Below are positions 1-12,370 of a stretch of DNA of 64,000 nt, piece by piece. The stretch lies in NCBI RefSeq assembly GCF_009914755.1, contig NC_060948.1. The stretch is one strand, 5' to 3'. The DNA comes from the human T2T-CHM13v2.0 reference genome, Homo sapiens. Within the stretch, counting starts at the first letter, position 1. Each line of letters starts with the position of its first letter. The notes under the pieces were generated by a model. The model saw nothing but the letters and a program-made list of their open reading frames with translations, was not told the origin of the DNA and searched no databases. Made by a program: the position numbers and the translations under genes.

Positions 1-82
1 TAAACACCTTTTTTGTAACTATGTACATAACTATGTACTTAACTACTACACAGTGTTTACATTGTATTAGGTATTATGAGTA

Positions 83-1210
83 CAATTATGTACCACCTAA
101 CAATGTTTTGGTCAATAACAGATCACATATATGCTGGTGGTCTCATAAGATTACAATGCCATATTTTTACTGTACCTTTTCTATGTCTAGCTATGTTCAG
201 ATACACAACATTTACCATCGTGTTGCAATTGATTACAGTAGTAAGTGCAGTAGCATGCTGTTCATGTTTGCAGCCCAGGAGTGGGAGGCTATGATGTATA
301 GCCTAGGTGTATATAACAGGCTATATCATCTAGGTTTGTGTAAGTACACTCACTAATATTCACACAACAAAAAAAATCATTTAATAGCACATTCTCATAA
401 GGACTAAGCTCTAATATTTTCTTTCCCAAATTCTCATCAAAGGGGTCTGGGTAGTCATGCCCTACAAACTTGTAACTTCTCATCAAATGCATTTTATTTA
501 ACCCTACATATCATGATGTACTTTCCAATATGACTCTGGCAAAACATTATGTGACAAAGAAGAAAGTGAAAATATTTTACCCCAAAACATGTTTCTTTGT
601 CAATTCTTGAAATTACCCTGCAAATCTGTCCTAAGTGGGGGAAAATTTGCATCTGTAAAGAATCTCTATTAACATAGCTAGGTCTTTATCTTCCAGATGT
701 TCCCTATCTTAAAAAGATTAACTTAAAGTCTAGCATGCTTTAGAAATCTGAACAGAAAATATTTGTCATCTATTTTTTCTAAGAGCTGCCACAATAAGAT
801 TTCAAGAGAACCTTGGTCTCCACAATCATTTATTTTAACCTGAATATCCCAGGTCTTTAGACAAACTCAACGAATTCTCAACCAGAAAATACTTAAATTT
901 ACCTATAGCCTGGAAGCCCCATCCCCTCCCACCCCACCCTGACCTTGCTTGAGTTGTACTGACTATCTGGACTAAACCAATATATTTCTTAAATATATTT
1001 GATTGTGGTTTCATGCCTCCCTAAAATGTGTAAAACCAAGTCATACCCCCATCACCTTAGGCACATGTTCTCAGGACCTACTTAGGGCTTTATCATGGGT
1101 CATGGTGACTTATATTTGGCTCAGAATAAATCTCTTCAAACATTTTACTGAGTTTGTCTCTTTTTATCAACACTCAGAACATAGCCCTGTTGTTAAACAA
1201 TACATTATTG
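83..1210 (+). mobile_element. Tigger3a/Golem (MER7-type) DNA transposon fossil, split by a MER4-type LTR
   Basis: Typical AGCCTAGGTGT...CATCTAGGTTTGTGTAAGTACACTC body; the terminal part resumes at ~1177 (GAACATAGCCCTGTTGTTAAACAATACATTATTG); TA on both flanks. Confidence 0.75.
398..1172 (+). mobile_element. Solo LTR, MER4 family (MER4E-like, ERV1)
   Basis: Starts T(A)AGGACTAAGCTCT and ends GGCTCAGAATAAATCTCTTCAAA...TCAACA; 4-bp TSD CTCA at 394-397 and 1173-1176. Confidence 0.8.
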
Positions 1211-1362
1211 TAATCTAGAGAGGATTTAATATATATGGGAGGGTGTGCAGAGGTTATATACAGATACGACACAATTTCATATCAAGACGTTGAACATGCA
1301 TGGATTTTGGAATACTCTGGAGGTCCTAGGACCAATCTCCTACTGGTACCAAGAGACGACTG

Positions 1363-1577
1363 TACTTTAAATCATCTCTAGTTTTTTGTTTCTGTTTTTA
1401 TTTTTATTTTTAATAATCCCTCATACAGTGTAAATGCTAAGCATAGTTGTTATACTGTATTGGGTTTTGGTTAAGTTTTTATTGTTGTATTTTTATTTTT
1501 AATTTTTAAAAAGTATTTCTGATCTGAGGATGGTTGAAATTGCTGATGTGGAACTGGAAATATAAAAGGCTGACTGG
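1363..1577 (-). mobile_element. MER2-like fragment in opposite orientation
   Basis: ACTTTAAATCATCTCTAG...ATACAGTGTAAATGCTA...GGCTGACTG is the reverse complement of the MER2-type left half. Confidence 0.55.
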
Positions 1578-2049
1578 ATGTGAAAGTCATCCCAGTAGGA
1601 TAAAGAATATATGCCATGGCGTGAAGGCAGACAATCAACCCAGGTTTGTGTTAAATTGATAAACTTAAGTTATAATTTATTGATACAATACACATGTATT
1701 GTTAACATAGGTGGGACTGAGTTGAATTGAGTTTCATAGCATTTATCAAATGCTGTGTCCCGAAGGGGAAAGGTAGGTTCATGTGTTCTCACTCTTTGAG
1801 GCATGCTTGTATTAGTACTTCCTGACACATCACGGAGGAAGTCAACAAAAGCAGAGAATTATCTCAAAAATTGTTCAAAGACCCCTAATAGTACAAAAAA
1901 TTTTGTTGAATAATCAAGACCCATAGGGGCCCTGTGTTCATGGAACTTCCATTGTCACCAAAGAGATAAAGTGATATAATAGACATTGGTTGTCAAATTA
2001 AATGACAACATGACGTGCTTAACTTGGGAGCCAAGGAGCCCCACGGTGA

Positions 2050-2265
2050 AATCCTAGCACAATCACTTATCAGTTTTAGATGTTTGGAGAAGGCGCTTAA
2101 ATTCTATTAGCATCAGCTTTCTTATTAAAAAAAATTGAGCTATTAATATTACTTCCATGTGAGTGTTGCTTGGAGAATTATTAAATTCAATGGTATATTC
2201 AGAATGCTTAGCAGAGCACGTGGAAGATCTTTAACTGCTCAATAAATTATAGTTATTATTATTAA
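2050..2265 (+). mobile_element. MIR SINE fossil
   Basis: Degenerate MIR core and 3' tail (TGCTTAGCAGAG...TGCTCAATAAATTATAGTTATTATTATT). Confidence 0.55.
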
Positions 2266-2666
2266 GACAACTTACACCTCATAGAAGCTGGAAAACTTGG
2301 GAGAAGCAGTTTATTGAAAAGAAAATTAGCATAGAGTTTTGATAAGTGATGCAGAAAAGTAATGAATTACCATACTTGTGACACAGAATTAGGTCTTTTA
2401 GAAAATAAGGCAGATTATTATTACTTTTAATTCATCCTGTGGGATCTATGCCCAAGGATTCAGAAGAAGCACAGCCAGGATTGAGTTCTCTCTTTGAAAC
2501 AGGATGTAAACACATCTGAGGAACAAAGATCACCCAGGGCAGTTTTTAACCATGTTGACTAATCATACAAATTTTAATGGATGGTGCAAACAAAAATTGC
2601 TGATGCTTCCAAAATCATTAATGATTTCTTTAGTCATGTGAAGACTTGGGAACTATTAAACCATCA

Positions 2667-2789
2667 ACTTATATCTCGCTCAGAATAAATCTCTTCAAAC
2701 ATTTTACTGAGTTTGTCTCTTTTTATCAAAACTCAGAACATAGCCCTGTTGTTAAACAATACATTATTGTAATCTAGAGAGGATTTAAT
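2667..2789 (+). repeat. 123-bp dispersed direct copy of 1108-1230
   Basis: Direct alignment, about 3 mismatches by eye. Confidence 0.95.
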
Positions 2790-5119
2790 GTAATGTATCC
2801 TTTTCATTCCAATTCCAATAATAAAAATAATTGCACATTAGGAAAAATTGGACAATATAGGAAAGCTAAAACAAGAAAAAAAAATGGAAATCTCTCTTCT
2901 CGAAGAATCAATGTTTCATGTATTTTATCTCAATCTTTCTTCTTCTTGACATTTAAAGGAGAACCATAAACTACACTGAAAATTATTTTACAGAAACTCA
3001 AGACTTTTACCTTTCTTCCTGCGAAGAAAACAAGGTGTTATTTCATTGTCTGTGACAGATGATGTTGAGCAATGTACTCTCACATTCCAAATGTAACATC
3101 TCAGTAAAATACCCAACTTACCGTTGCACCCTTAGAACTGCTATAAAAGACCTTGATATGTTTGAATCCTTGTTCCACTGAAAGGTGAGAGGAAAGGAAA
3201 ATGTGCTCAGTTGTATGACATGAAAAAGATTGTATAAAACAGCCTGATATTGGTAGGTTGAAAGTATACTGATGAAGTGAAACTAACACAATGTGTTGAA
3301 ATAAGACAGATAAGTACACTTTCTGGTCTCTCTCTCTCTTTAGAAAAGCACACCTCTAAAATTTGCTTTGGTTTTTAGTTTGTGAACACTCTGCCTTTTC
3401 TCTTTTCTTCCTTAGAGTGTTCAAAAATGACCTCAGAATGCTACTTGTGAGCTCAATCCATGGATAATTGTGGTAGGAGTTTATCAGCCAGTCTAATACT
3501 CATTCTAATTAAACAAGTCAAAGTTCACTGGGTTTCTCAAAATTATGTCTAGAGCCATCACAGTTTATGGATCCAACAGGAGGTTTGATGAAATACAATC
3601 TGCCCCTAGCTGAGAAGACTGTTGAAAACCTACATGGGCAATTACACTTGTAGGATTTAAGATTGACTCAAGGCACCCTGGATTGGAGAGGATGCCCTGA
3701 GTTGAAGTAAATTCATGAGACCCCATAATACACAGTGTTTTGCTGGGGATGACATAACCAAATTCATGCCTGGTGCTCCTGGATTTCTAGTCTGATTTCT
3801 ACCCTGCCAATCTCTCCACTAGCCAGCTGTCAGTGTACACATGTGCTTCAGTGGTTCTGAGCTTCTCAATACACAGCCCAGGGCAGTAAGGGCCAATCCT
3901 TCAAGCAGATAAAGGAAATTGATAGTGACCCACTTCTGCAGCCCAAGATCTAAACCTTATTAAGAAAAGTGATGCCTATTTATCATCTCCATTCATGTGC
4001 CTTGCAGGGGGAAAAAATGACTAAAGTAAATCCTGCAACGCATGTGCCAGAGACTTGAATTTTACTTGGATTATCTGTAGAGTTAATCTCCAAAGACACA
4101 ACAGATCATAACAGAGCAATGGATCAGTGCCTGGCAGATGCATGTAGGGTGTTCTGCCAGATGTCAGAAGAATACTTCTTCATATCATTACCCTACCTCC
4201 ACTTTACAAACAGATATTAAGAATACAGAGGGGAGATTCTCAAATCACAAGCTTTCAAAGTTAACATCCAAAGAAGCCGTAATCATCACATATATTCCTA
4301 GACAATATCTCATTTTTTACCATGTATTAGTTAAACACTTAATTGCCCCCAACCCTTTGCTTCACTGGGAACATATCATAATTATGAAACTTCCTAACCA
4401 GTGTACATTCAATATATTTAAATTTCATTTTTTATGATTTCAGCAAGGTTGATGACCAACTTGCTAGACAACTAAATAAAACATATTAAAATTATACATA
4501 GGTAAGAGTAGCTTAATAGGATTTTTCTGACATTTCAGTATTTTGCTGAAACATGCTTTATTTTCAGAGTATGGTAGCTGCTAGATGCAGTCACATAAAT
4601 GAAAAAGGAATTTGGCCATTTTCCTAACCACAAGCATCATTGTTTCTACAGCTGTCTCCCCCACTTCTGTGTTGGGCTCAACCGAAAAGAAAGATTTAAA
4701 TGTGAAGGGAAGTCTGGACCTGGGCTCTGAGAAAGTGTGTGGAAGAAGATGGTAGCATGCACCTCATAGGGCCTAAACAATGAAGCACCTGTCCTTTACA
4801 AATATGAAAGCTAACAGTTATTCATGTTACTCAGGCTCTTTGCCCAGGTTTTAGTTCTTTTCTTTGCCCTGCAGTTTAAAAGTAATGACAATTAAATAGG
4901 AAATATTTTGGGGCATCTTCAGTTTGTAAGATGAGGTGATTAGGAACTGTTGTTTGGGAAGCATTGGAACAGATTGAGATGATTAGTCTAGAAAAGATAT
5001 GTCTTGCTGTTGAACTACATGAAATTTACAGGGCAGAGAAAAAGAATTCTCTTCCATTTCAGAGGAAGGAGCTAGATCTCATAGATAAAAGCCACAGGAG
5101 ACAGAGGTAAGAAAAACAT

Positions 5120-5191
5120 ATCCTCTTATAAGACAGAAAAGTTGTCCAAGTCCCCACTTGACCCAGGACATCCAGCTGGCCTCACCTCTCA
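5120..5191 (-). mobile_element. Truncated LTR12-type 3' LTR stub of HERV9
   Basis: Minus strand reads a purine tract (AGAGGGCGGAG) then TGAGAGGTGAGGCCAGCTGGATGTCCTGGGTCAAGTGGGGACTTGGACAACTTTTCTGTCTTATAAGAGGAT; similarity stops after ~72 bp. Confidence 0.8.
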
Positions 5192-5249
5192 CTCCGCCCT
5201 CTAAACAAGCCACCACAACTGCTGTCAGAAACTGGGCAATGACCACTCT

Positions 5250-6395
5250 AGCTACTTTCTACTGAATAAGGGCAAAAAGTTTTCCTGCAGTTGTAGTGTC
5301 CTCCAGAGGGGAACTCTCTAGGCCAGTCAAAGGGCCATTGGATCAGTCCAAGGGTCCTGAGTAGAAGTTGTGAGTTGCGCTCATTTGGGGTTCCATTTGT
5401 AAGACCATCTGTAGCTTGATGACCTCAATCCTGGAGGAAAACAAATTTGACAAAGAGGTTAAAATTATAGGTCCTGAAGGTGAATAATAGCAAGATGGGT
5501 GTCATGGGACCAAGAAAAAGGAGAAACCATGTTGCCCAACTCCAGAGGTTGGTATAAGAGTTTGAAAGGAGTTGTCTGATTTCAGAAGTCTTTTTCTATA
5601 AATACTGGGCAGCATCTAGTACTATCCCTGACTGGTTAGTGTAAAAACAACACTCTTCCTCTATAAAGGTTCAAAGTCCTTCATTCTCAGCAGTGAGGAG
5701 GTCTAGGCCTCAGCAGTTTTGGAAAGTCACTGCTGCCAAATAGTCTGTTTGGGATTGCAGAGTAAGGATATAGTTTGCTATTTCTTGAAAACTGTCTGAG
5801 AAATCCTTTGAAAGTCTGTGGTAATAGGATAATGAAGTAGATGACCTGGTTATTCCAGTTCTCTTAGCAGTGGCAATTCCTAACCTAATAAGTAGGCATA
5901 TTAGTTGCATGAGCCTGCACTGACAAACTTGAGTTTTGAGGGGCAATGATAGGGTCTCATTTCCTGGGGCAATGTCAATATTGGGACTTCAGAAGACTAA
6001 GGTGCAGGTTTCTGTCCAGTTGGTGGGGAGGCATATGTAGGTTGAAGTTCCATATAAGAAGAATATGCTTTGGCTGGGTAAATAGAACTGGCGGTGTATG
6101 TTAAAAAGATGTGTGAATTTGTTGTTTTCTTTTTCCCATACTCCTAGAGTACTTGCCAAAGTAGCTCCCGTGAGTGGCTGGAAAGGGGTGTTGGGAGCAT
6201 TTTGTGTTCTATTTTTGCATTGGAGAAAAAAACGTTTTGTATCTACCAGGAACCATTCAAGAGAGTAATTGAAAGAGGGGATGAGAAGGCATTCATTAAT
6301 GGTGGGGGAGCTGCTGCAGGGGTTCCAGGGATGAATGGTCATGCAGGGAGTATGTTTGCAATTGCAAAACCCAGACTGTTTGTTAAGCAGGGAAG
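5250..6395 (-). pseudogene. env: HERV9 env remnant (partial SU and TM)
   Basis: ORFs 5989-6456 (YICLPTNWTETCTLVF) and 5710-5946 (fusion peptide; LAAVTFQNC*GLDLLTAE is a decayed immunosuppressive domain). Confidence 0.8.
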
Positions 6396-9360
6396 TGCCT
6401 CTTGAGTGTTTCATTTGCCTTCTCAAACTTCCCTGAGGATTGTTGCCTTCAGGCACAGGGAAGGTGATCTTGTATCCCTAGTGCCCTGGAAATTCCCTGA
6501 ATTACCATGGCTTTAAAAGCCAGGCAATTATTGCTTTCTAAGCTTTGGGAAAGCCCATATCTAGGAATTATTTCATGAATTAGGACTTTAACCACTTCCT
6601 GAATCTTCTCTGCCTTGCAGTGGAAGGCTTCGATCCAATTTGTCAAGGTATCAACACAGACCAACAAGTATTGAAATCCCTTTGACTTAGGCATATGGGT
6701 GAAGTCTAACTGCCAGTTGTCTCCAGGATAGTGCCATATTCTTTGTTTCCCCAGAGTGGCCTTATGATGGACCAAGGGATTATTCTTTTGGCACACCTCA
6801 CAGGCTTTGACTTCTTGCTGGATGGTCTGGAGGATATTTGGCCCTTTAAATAGGGATTTGGCCATTTGATAAGTGTTCTCAATACTGATATAAAAAATTT
6901 GCCGGAGAATCTTAAGCATTTCCCACTGACTGGCTTTGGGTATGAGTAACTTTCACTCTTCTGACATTAACTACCCTGAAGGGAGAAAACTATTCACCCA
7001 TGAAAGTCCCCATTCTGTTTCAGTCAGGGAATACTGGGGCTTAATCTCTTGGAGAGGGTTGTTCCATACCAAGGGTCCTTCTATAGGTGTTTTCAAAGGA
7101 AGGTTTCACCTGGCAGCAATTTTGGCCTCAGTGTCTGCCTGACATTTTCCTTCTGTTTTTTCTCCTTCACCTTTTGATGGTTTCAGCAGTGTAAGACTGC
7201 CACCTCTTTGAGTTTTTGCACTGTGTGCAATAACTCTATGATTTCCTTGTGATATTTAATGGGGGTTTCCCCAGAGGTTAGGAATTCCCTTTCTTTCCAT
7301 ATTGCAGCATGGGCATGTAGGATTAGATAAGCATACTTGCTATTTGCATAAACTTTTTTTTCCCCTTTCCCAGTTCTAAGGCTCGGGTAAGTGCCACTAG
7401 CTCTGCTAACTGGGTTCTTGTCCCTGGGGGAAGAGGCTTACTTTCAAGTACTGTTACAACACTAACTATGGCATAACCTGCCCTTGATATCACATTCTCC
7501 ACAAATGAACTTCCATCGGTATATAGGTCAAGGTCAGGATTAGCTAAGGGGACTTCTAAGAGATCTTCTCAGGTGAAATAATTTTGGGCTACAGTTTGTT
7601 GGCAGTCATGCTCGACTGGTTCCCCATCCTCTGGGAGAAATTAGCAGGGTTGAGGGTCACATACACATGCGTATTTGAAGCACCGGCCCCTCAAAAGTAG
7701 TGCCTGGCATCTAAGCAGGTGGTTTTCTGATAGCCATACCATAAATTTCCTTTGGCACCTAGTATGCAATTTACATCATGAGGAGTCCAGACACTGAGAT
7801 CCTTTCCTTGTATTATTTTGATAGCCTCTGATACTAAGACAGCCACAGCCAAAACTACCCATGAACAGTGAGGACAGCCTTTTGCTACTACATTAATTTC
7901 CTTACTTAGGTATGTCACGGGTTGTGGGGTTGTCCCACACATTTAAGTAATGGCTCCAAGAGTTATTGCTACTATCTATGTTACATATAAAGAGAAGTTT
8001 TGTCCTGTGGAAAGGCATAAGACTGGTGCTTGTACGAGGGCCTGCTTTAAGGTTTTGTTTAAGGCTGTTTCTGCCTCTGGTTCCCTTTCTACTAGATGAG
8101 TATTTGCCCTCTGGGTCTCCTTGATTAGAGTATAAAGTGGCCTGGCTATCTCCCTGTATCTGGGGATCCATAGTTGGCAAAAGCTTGTGATCCCAAGGAA
8201 AGCTGCAACAATTTTAATGTTTTAGGGCAAGGACAAGTCAGTATAGGCTGTATTCACTTTTTACTGAGGGCCCTGGTTCAGTTGGCTAAGATTATGCCTT
8301 GATATTTGACTTGTAGGTAGAGCTGGGCCATCAATTTAAATGCTTTGTACTCTTGATTAGCTAGAAAGTTCAAGATATCTAGGGTAGCCTGCTGGTATGA
8401 GGCTTTCAAACTGGTAGCCAAAAGTAAATCATCCTCATACAAAGAGATCAGAGTGCCTGAAATTGAGAAGTGACCTAGATCTTGGGCCAGTGCCTGACCA
8501 AATAAGGAGGGCTGTCCCTAAAACCTTGAGGCACGATTGCCCAGTAAGTTGGCAGGTGTGCTGTGGGATCCTCAAAGACAAAGAGAAACTGGGAGTCAGA
8601 GTGCAATGGAATGCAGAAGAAGGCATTCTTGAGGTCCAGAACAGTGAAACATTCTGCTTCCTCTGGTATTTAAGAGAACAGAGTATAGGGGTTGGGTACA
8701 GCTGGATATAGAGGAATTACTGCCTCATGGATGACTCTATGATCTTGCACTAGTCTTCACTGTCCATTCAGTTTTTATACTACTAGAATTGGGGTGTTGC
8801 AGGAACTGCTGCATTTTCTTACTAAGACTTGAACTTTTAAATGTCTACCTCTCTTCTGTAATCCTTTATGAGTTTCAGGCCTTAAGGGATATTGCCTTTG
8901 ATAAGGAAAAGTGGTGGGGTCTTTTAGCCTGATTTGAACTGGGCTGGCATTTTTTTGTTTGTTTTTTTTTTTCTGTATTGTCCTTCCAATGCCCTGAGTT
9001 AAGTGTTGATTCCCTCCTCCAGTATGGAACAAAAAATGGTTAACTTGTTCCCCAAATTTATGTAGACAATAGCTCCAGCTTTGGCTAATATATCCCTCCC
9101 TAATAAAGGTGTGGGACTTTCAGCCATAACAAGAAAGTTATGTGAAAAGGGGAAAGTCTCCCAATTACAGCTGAGGAGGTGGGAGAAATACCTGGTAACA
9201 GGCTGTCCCAGGATTCCTCACATGGTAAGAGATCTTGAGGACAGCTGTCTAGGGCAGGAGATTAACACTGAGAAGCTCACACCAATGTCCAGGAGGAAAT
9301 CAATTCTGTGGCCCTCAATGATTAAACTTACCCTGGGCTCAGTGTGTGTGATGGCATGAG
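6396..9360 (-). pseudogene. pol: HERV9 pro-pol remnant (protease, RT, RNase H, integrase core)
   Basis: Integrase ACEVCQKNNP...WQLDFTHMPK...VDTLTNWIEAF (6449-6919); RT start QIRLKDPTTFPYQRQYPL (8775-9032); PVTYLSKEINVVAKG tether; many stops and frameshifts. Confidence 0.85.
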
Positions 9361-9876
9361 TTGGTGCTTGCCCTGGGCACCCTCAGTCCTGTTGGATTAT
9401 CTGGTTGAGGGCTACTGGCCCTAAGAACCTTTGTCCTCTGGGGCAGTGTGTCTTCCAGTGATTGCCTTGACATAGTGGATATGGGTGAGGGCATGGCTTG
9501 TTTCTCATTGGAGAATCTTTTTTAAAGTATTCTTGCAAATCACACTCATAACAAGCTATACTGGGTGATTGGCCTGCTCCATTTTCTGTCTTCTCTTAAC
9601 CACCAAGGTTTGTTTCTCTGAGGGCCATGACTAAGGCTGTGGCCTTTCTCTTATCTCACTTTTTTCTTCTCACCTGTCCTTGTTGGTCCCTATTATAGAA
9701 CACCAAGGTTGCAAGGTTTAAGAATGCCTCCAAATTTTGTTCAGGACCCAGGGCTAGCTTTTGGAGCTTTCTCCTGATATCTGCAGCTGACTGGGTAATT
9801 AACTTATCTTTTAGGATCAGTTGACCCTCAAGGGAGTTGGGGGACTGGGGAGTATATTTTCTTAAGGTCTCCCATA
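9361..9876 (-). pseudogene. gag: HERV9 gag C-terminal remnant (capsid end and nucleocapsid)
   Basis: LRKYTPQSPNSLEGQLILKDKLITQSAADIRRKLQKLALGPEQNLEAFLNLATLVFYNRDQ within ORF 9656-9937. Confidence 0.85.
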
Positions 9877-10069
9877 TATCAGCTACGATGGCTTGGAGAA
9901 ACAGTGCAAACTGGCAATGTAAACAAGAGTAGGGCATTTATGAATAGTTGAGCAAGGTGAATAGGAGTATGATGAGACAGAAGATAGTAGGGATGACAAG
10001 TATTTTGTGGTGCAGTCCAATTTGGTCTGGTGTCTGGAATGAGACTGGGGCCTAATAAAAAGGAGCATC

Positions 10070-12370
10070 TATATAGGAGCTCAGATGGGCTATACTCTGT
10101 AGCATTCCGAGGACAGGCCGGAATTCTGAGAAGGGCAAGCGGTAAAGTATTGTCCAGTCCTTTTTAAGTTGTTGGCTGAGCTTGGTGAGGTGTGTTTTTA
10201 AAAGACCATCAGTCCATTCTACCTTTCCTGAAGAATGAGGACAGTAAGGGATATAAAGGTTTCAGTGAATACCAAGAGCCTGAAAAACTGCTTGGGTGAT
10301 TTGGCTAATATAGGCCAGTCCGTTATCAGACTGTGTAGAGGTTGGAAGGCCAAACCAAGGAATTCTGTCTGACAGAAGGGAAGAAATGACCGAGGTGGCC
10401 TTTTCAGATCTGTGGGAAATGCCTGTACCCATCCAATGAAAGTGTCTACCCAGATCAAGAGATAATTTAGTTTTCTGACTCAGGGCATGTGAGTAAAGTC
10501 AATTTGCCAGTCCTGGGCAGGGGCACATCCCTGAGCTTGATGTGTAGGGAAGTGGAATGTGGGGGGCCTGAACAATCCCTGAGGAGGAGGAGTAGAATAG
10601 CAGATGGAACACTGAGAAGTTATTTCCTTAAGGATAGATTTCCACAATGGAAAGGAAACGAGAGGTTCTAAAAGGCAGGCTAGTGGCTTGTATCCTACAT
10701 GGAAGAGGTTATGAAATGATGACAGAATAGAATGGGCCTGTGAGGCTGGAATCATTCTTGCTCCAAGAACCATTTGCCTTGTGTAGGAAGAGATTGGTAG
10801 TTGGAAGTTTCATTGGGGAGTAGGTGGGAGTGAACAATGAGAAGGAAAAAAACTGCTTTAGGGATAGAAGTTGGAATACTAGCTGCTTTTTAGCTACCTT
10901 ATCAGCATAAACATTGTGCTGAGTGATGGGACCTGATGCCTTTGGATGGCTGCTCTTTTAGCTACCTTATCAGCATAAGCATTGTTCTGAGCAATGGGAT
11001 GTGATGCCTTTTGATGGCCCTTGCAGTGAATGACTCCAGCTTCCTTCGGAAGTAAAGCAGCTTTGAGAAGCGTTTTTATTAAAGAGGCATTAATGATGGA
11101 GGACACTTGCATAGTGAGGAATTTTTTTTTCCCATATAACAGCTTTGTGGTGCAGGATATGGAAGGCATATTTAGAGTCAGTATAAATATTGATGCATAG
11201 TCCTTTTGCAAGAGCAAGGTCTCAAGTTAAGGCAATGAGTTCAGCTTGCTGAGAGGTAGTGTGGGTAGGTAACAGAAAGTAGATGCACCAGGTGTGAGGC
11301 AGGAAATAGATTTTGGAAGTTATTAGAACTGTAGAGAGTAGAGAGTGAGTTGAGCATAGTTTGTGATTTTGAGGGCCTCTATAAGTATTAAGGCAGTGGC
11401 AGCTGCAGCACACAGACATGAGGGCTAGGCTAAAAGAGTAAGGTTAAGTTGTTTAGATGAAAAGGATACAGGATGTGTTCACAGGTAGGAACTCTGGCTT
11501 GACTGAAGTAATGGGGACTGTCTGTGAAGCCTTGTGGCAGTACAGCCCAGGTAATTTGCTGAGCCTGATAGGTGTCAGTGTCAGTCCAAGTGAAAGTGAA
11601 GAGAAGCTGGGGTTAAGGGTGCAAACAAATAGTGAAGAAGGCATGTTTGAGATCCAGAACAGAATAATGGGTTGTGGAGGGAGGTATTGAGGATAGGAGA
11701 GTATATGGGTTTGGCACCATGGGGTGGGTAGGCAAAACAATTTGGTCGATAAGGAACAGATCCTGAAGTAACCTGTAAGGCTTGTCTGGTTTTAGGACGG
11801 GTAAAATGGGGGAATTGTAAGGAGAGTTTATAGGCTTTAAAAGGCCATGCTCTAACAGGATAGTGATAACAGGCTTTAATCCTTTTAAAGCATGCTGTGG
11901 GATGGGATATTGGCATTGAGTGGGGTAAGCCTGATTAGGTTTTCATGGGATGGTAAGGGGGTGCATCATCTATTGTCAAGAAGGACGTAGAGGTGTCCTA
12001 TACTTGTGGATTAAGGTGGGTAGATACAAGGAGAGGATGTGAAGGAGGATTTGAATTGGGGGAAAATGTGGCAATGAGGTGTGGCTGTAGCCTAGGAATA
12101 GTCAGGGAAGCCAATAATTTAGTTAAAATGTTTGACCTAATAAGGGAGCTGGGCAGGTGGGGATAACTAAGAAGGAGTGCATAAAAGAATATTGTCCAAG
12201 TTTGCACCAGATTTGGGGAGTTTTAAGAGGTTTAGAAGCCTGTCCATCAATACTCACAACAGTTATGGAGACCAGGGAAACGTGCCCTTGAAAAGAAGGT
12301 AATGTGAAGTGGGTAGTCTCTGTACTGATTAAGAAGGGTACAGACTTACCCTCCACTATGAGTGTTACCC
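10070..12370 (-). pseudogene. pol: HERV-H pro-pol remnant
   Basis: ORFs 12123-12407 (protease), 11453-11916 (RT N-part), 10894-11217 (RNase H), 10480-10773 and 10219-10458 (integrase); disrupted. Confidence 0.85.

Larger units (their letters stand above)
1..1362 (+). mobile_element. MER2 (Tigger-family DNA transposon) fossil, split by a nested Tigger3/Golem insertion
   Basis: ...TTTACATTGTATTAGGTATTATGAGTA (to ~82) resumes as TAATCTAGAGAGGATTTAAT...GACGACTG (1211-1362), matching the recalled MER2 consensus across a TA site. Confidence 0.7.
5192..9876 (-). mobile_element. HERV9 (ERV9) internal region, 5'-truncated
   Basis: Decayed gag, pro, RT, RNase H, integrase and env fragments of the HERV9/HERV-W group in the expected order, next to an LTR12 start. 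Confidence 0.85.
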
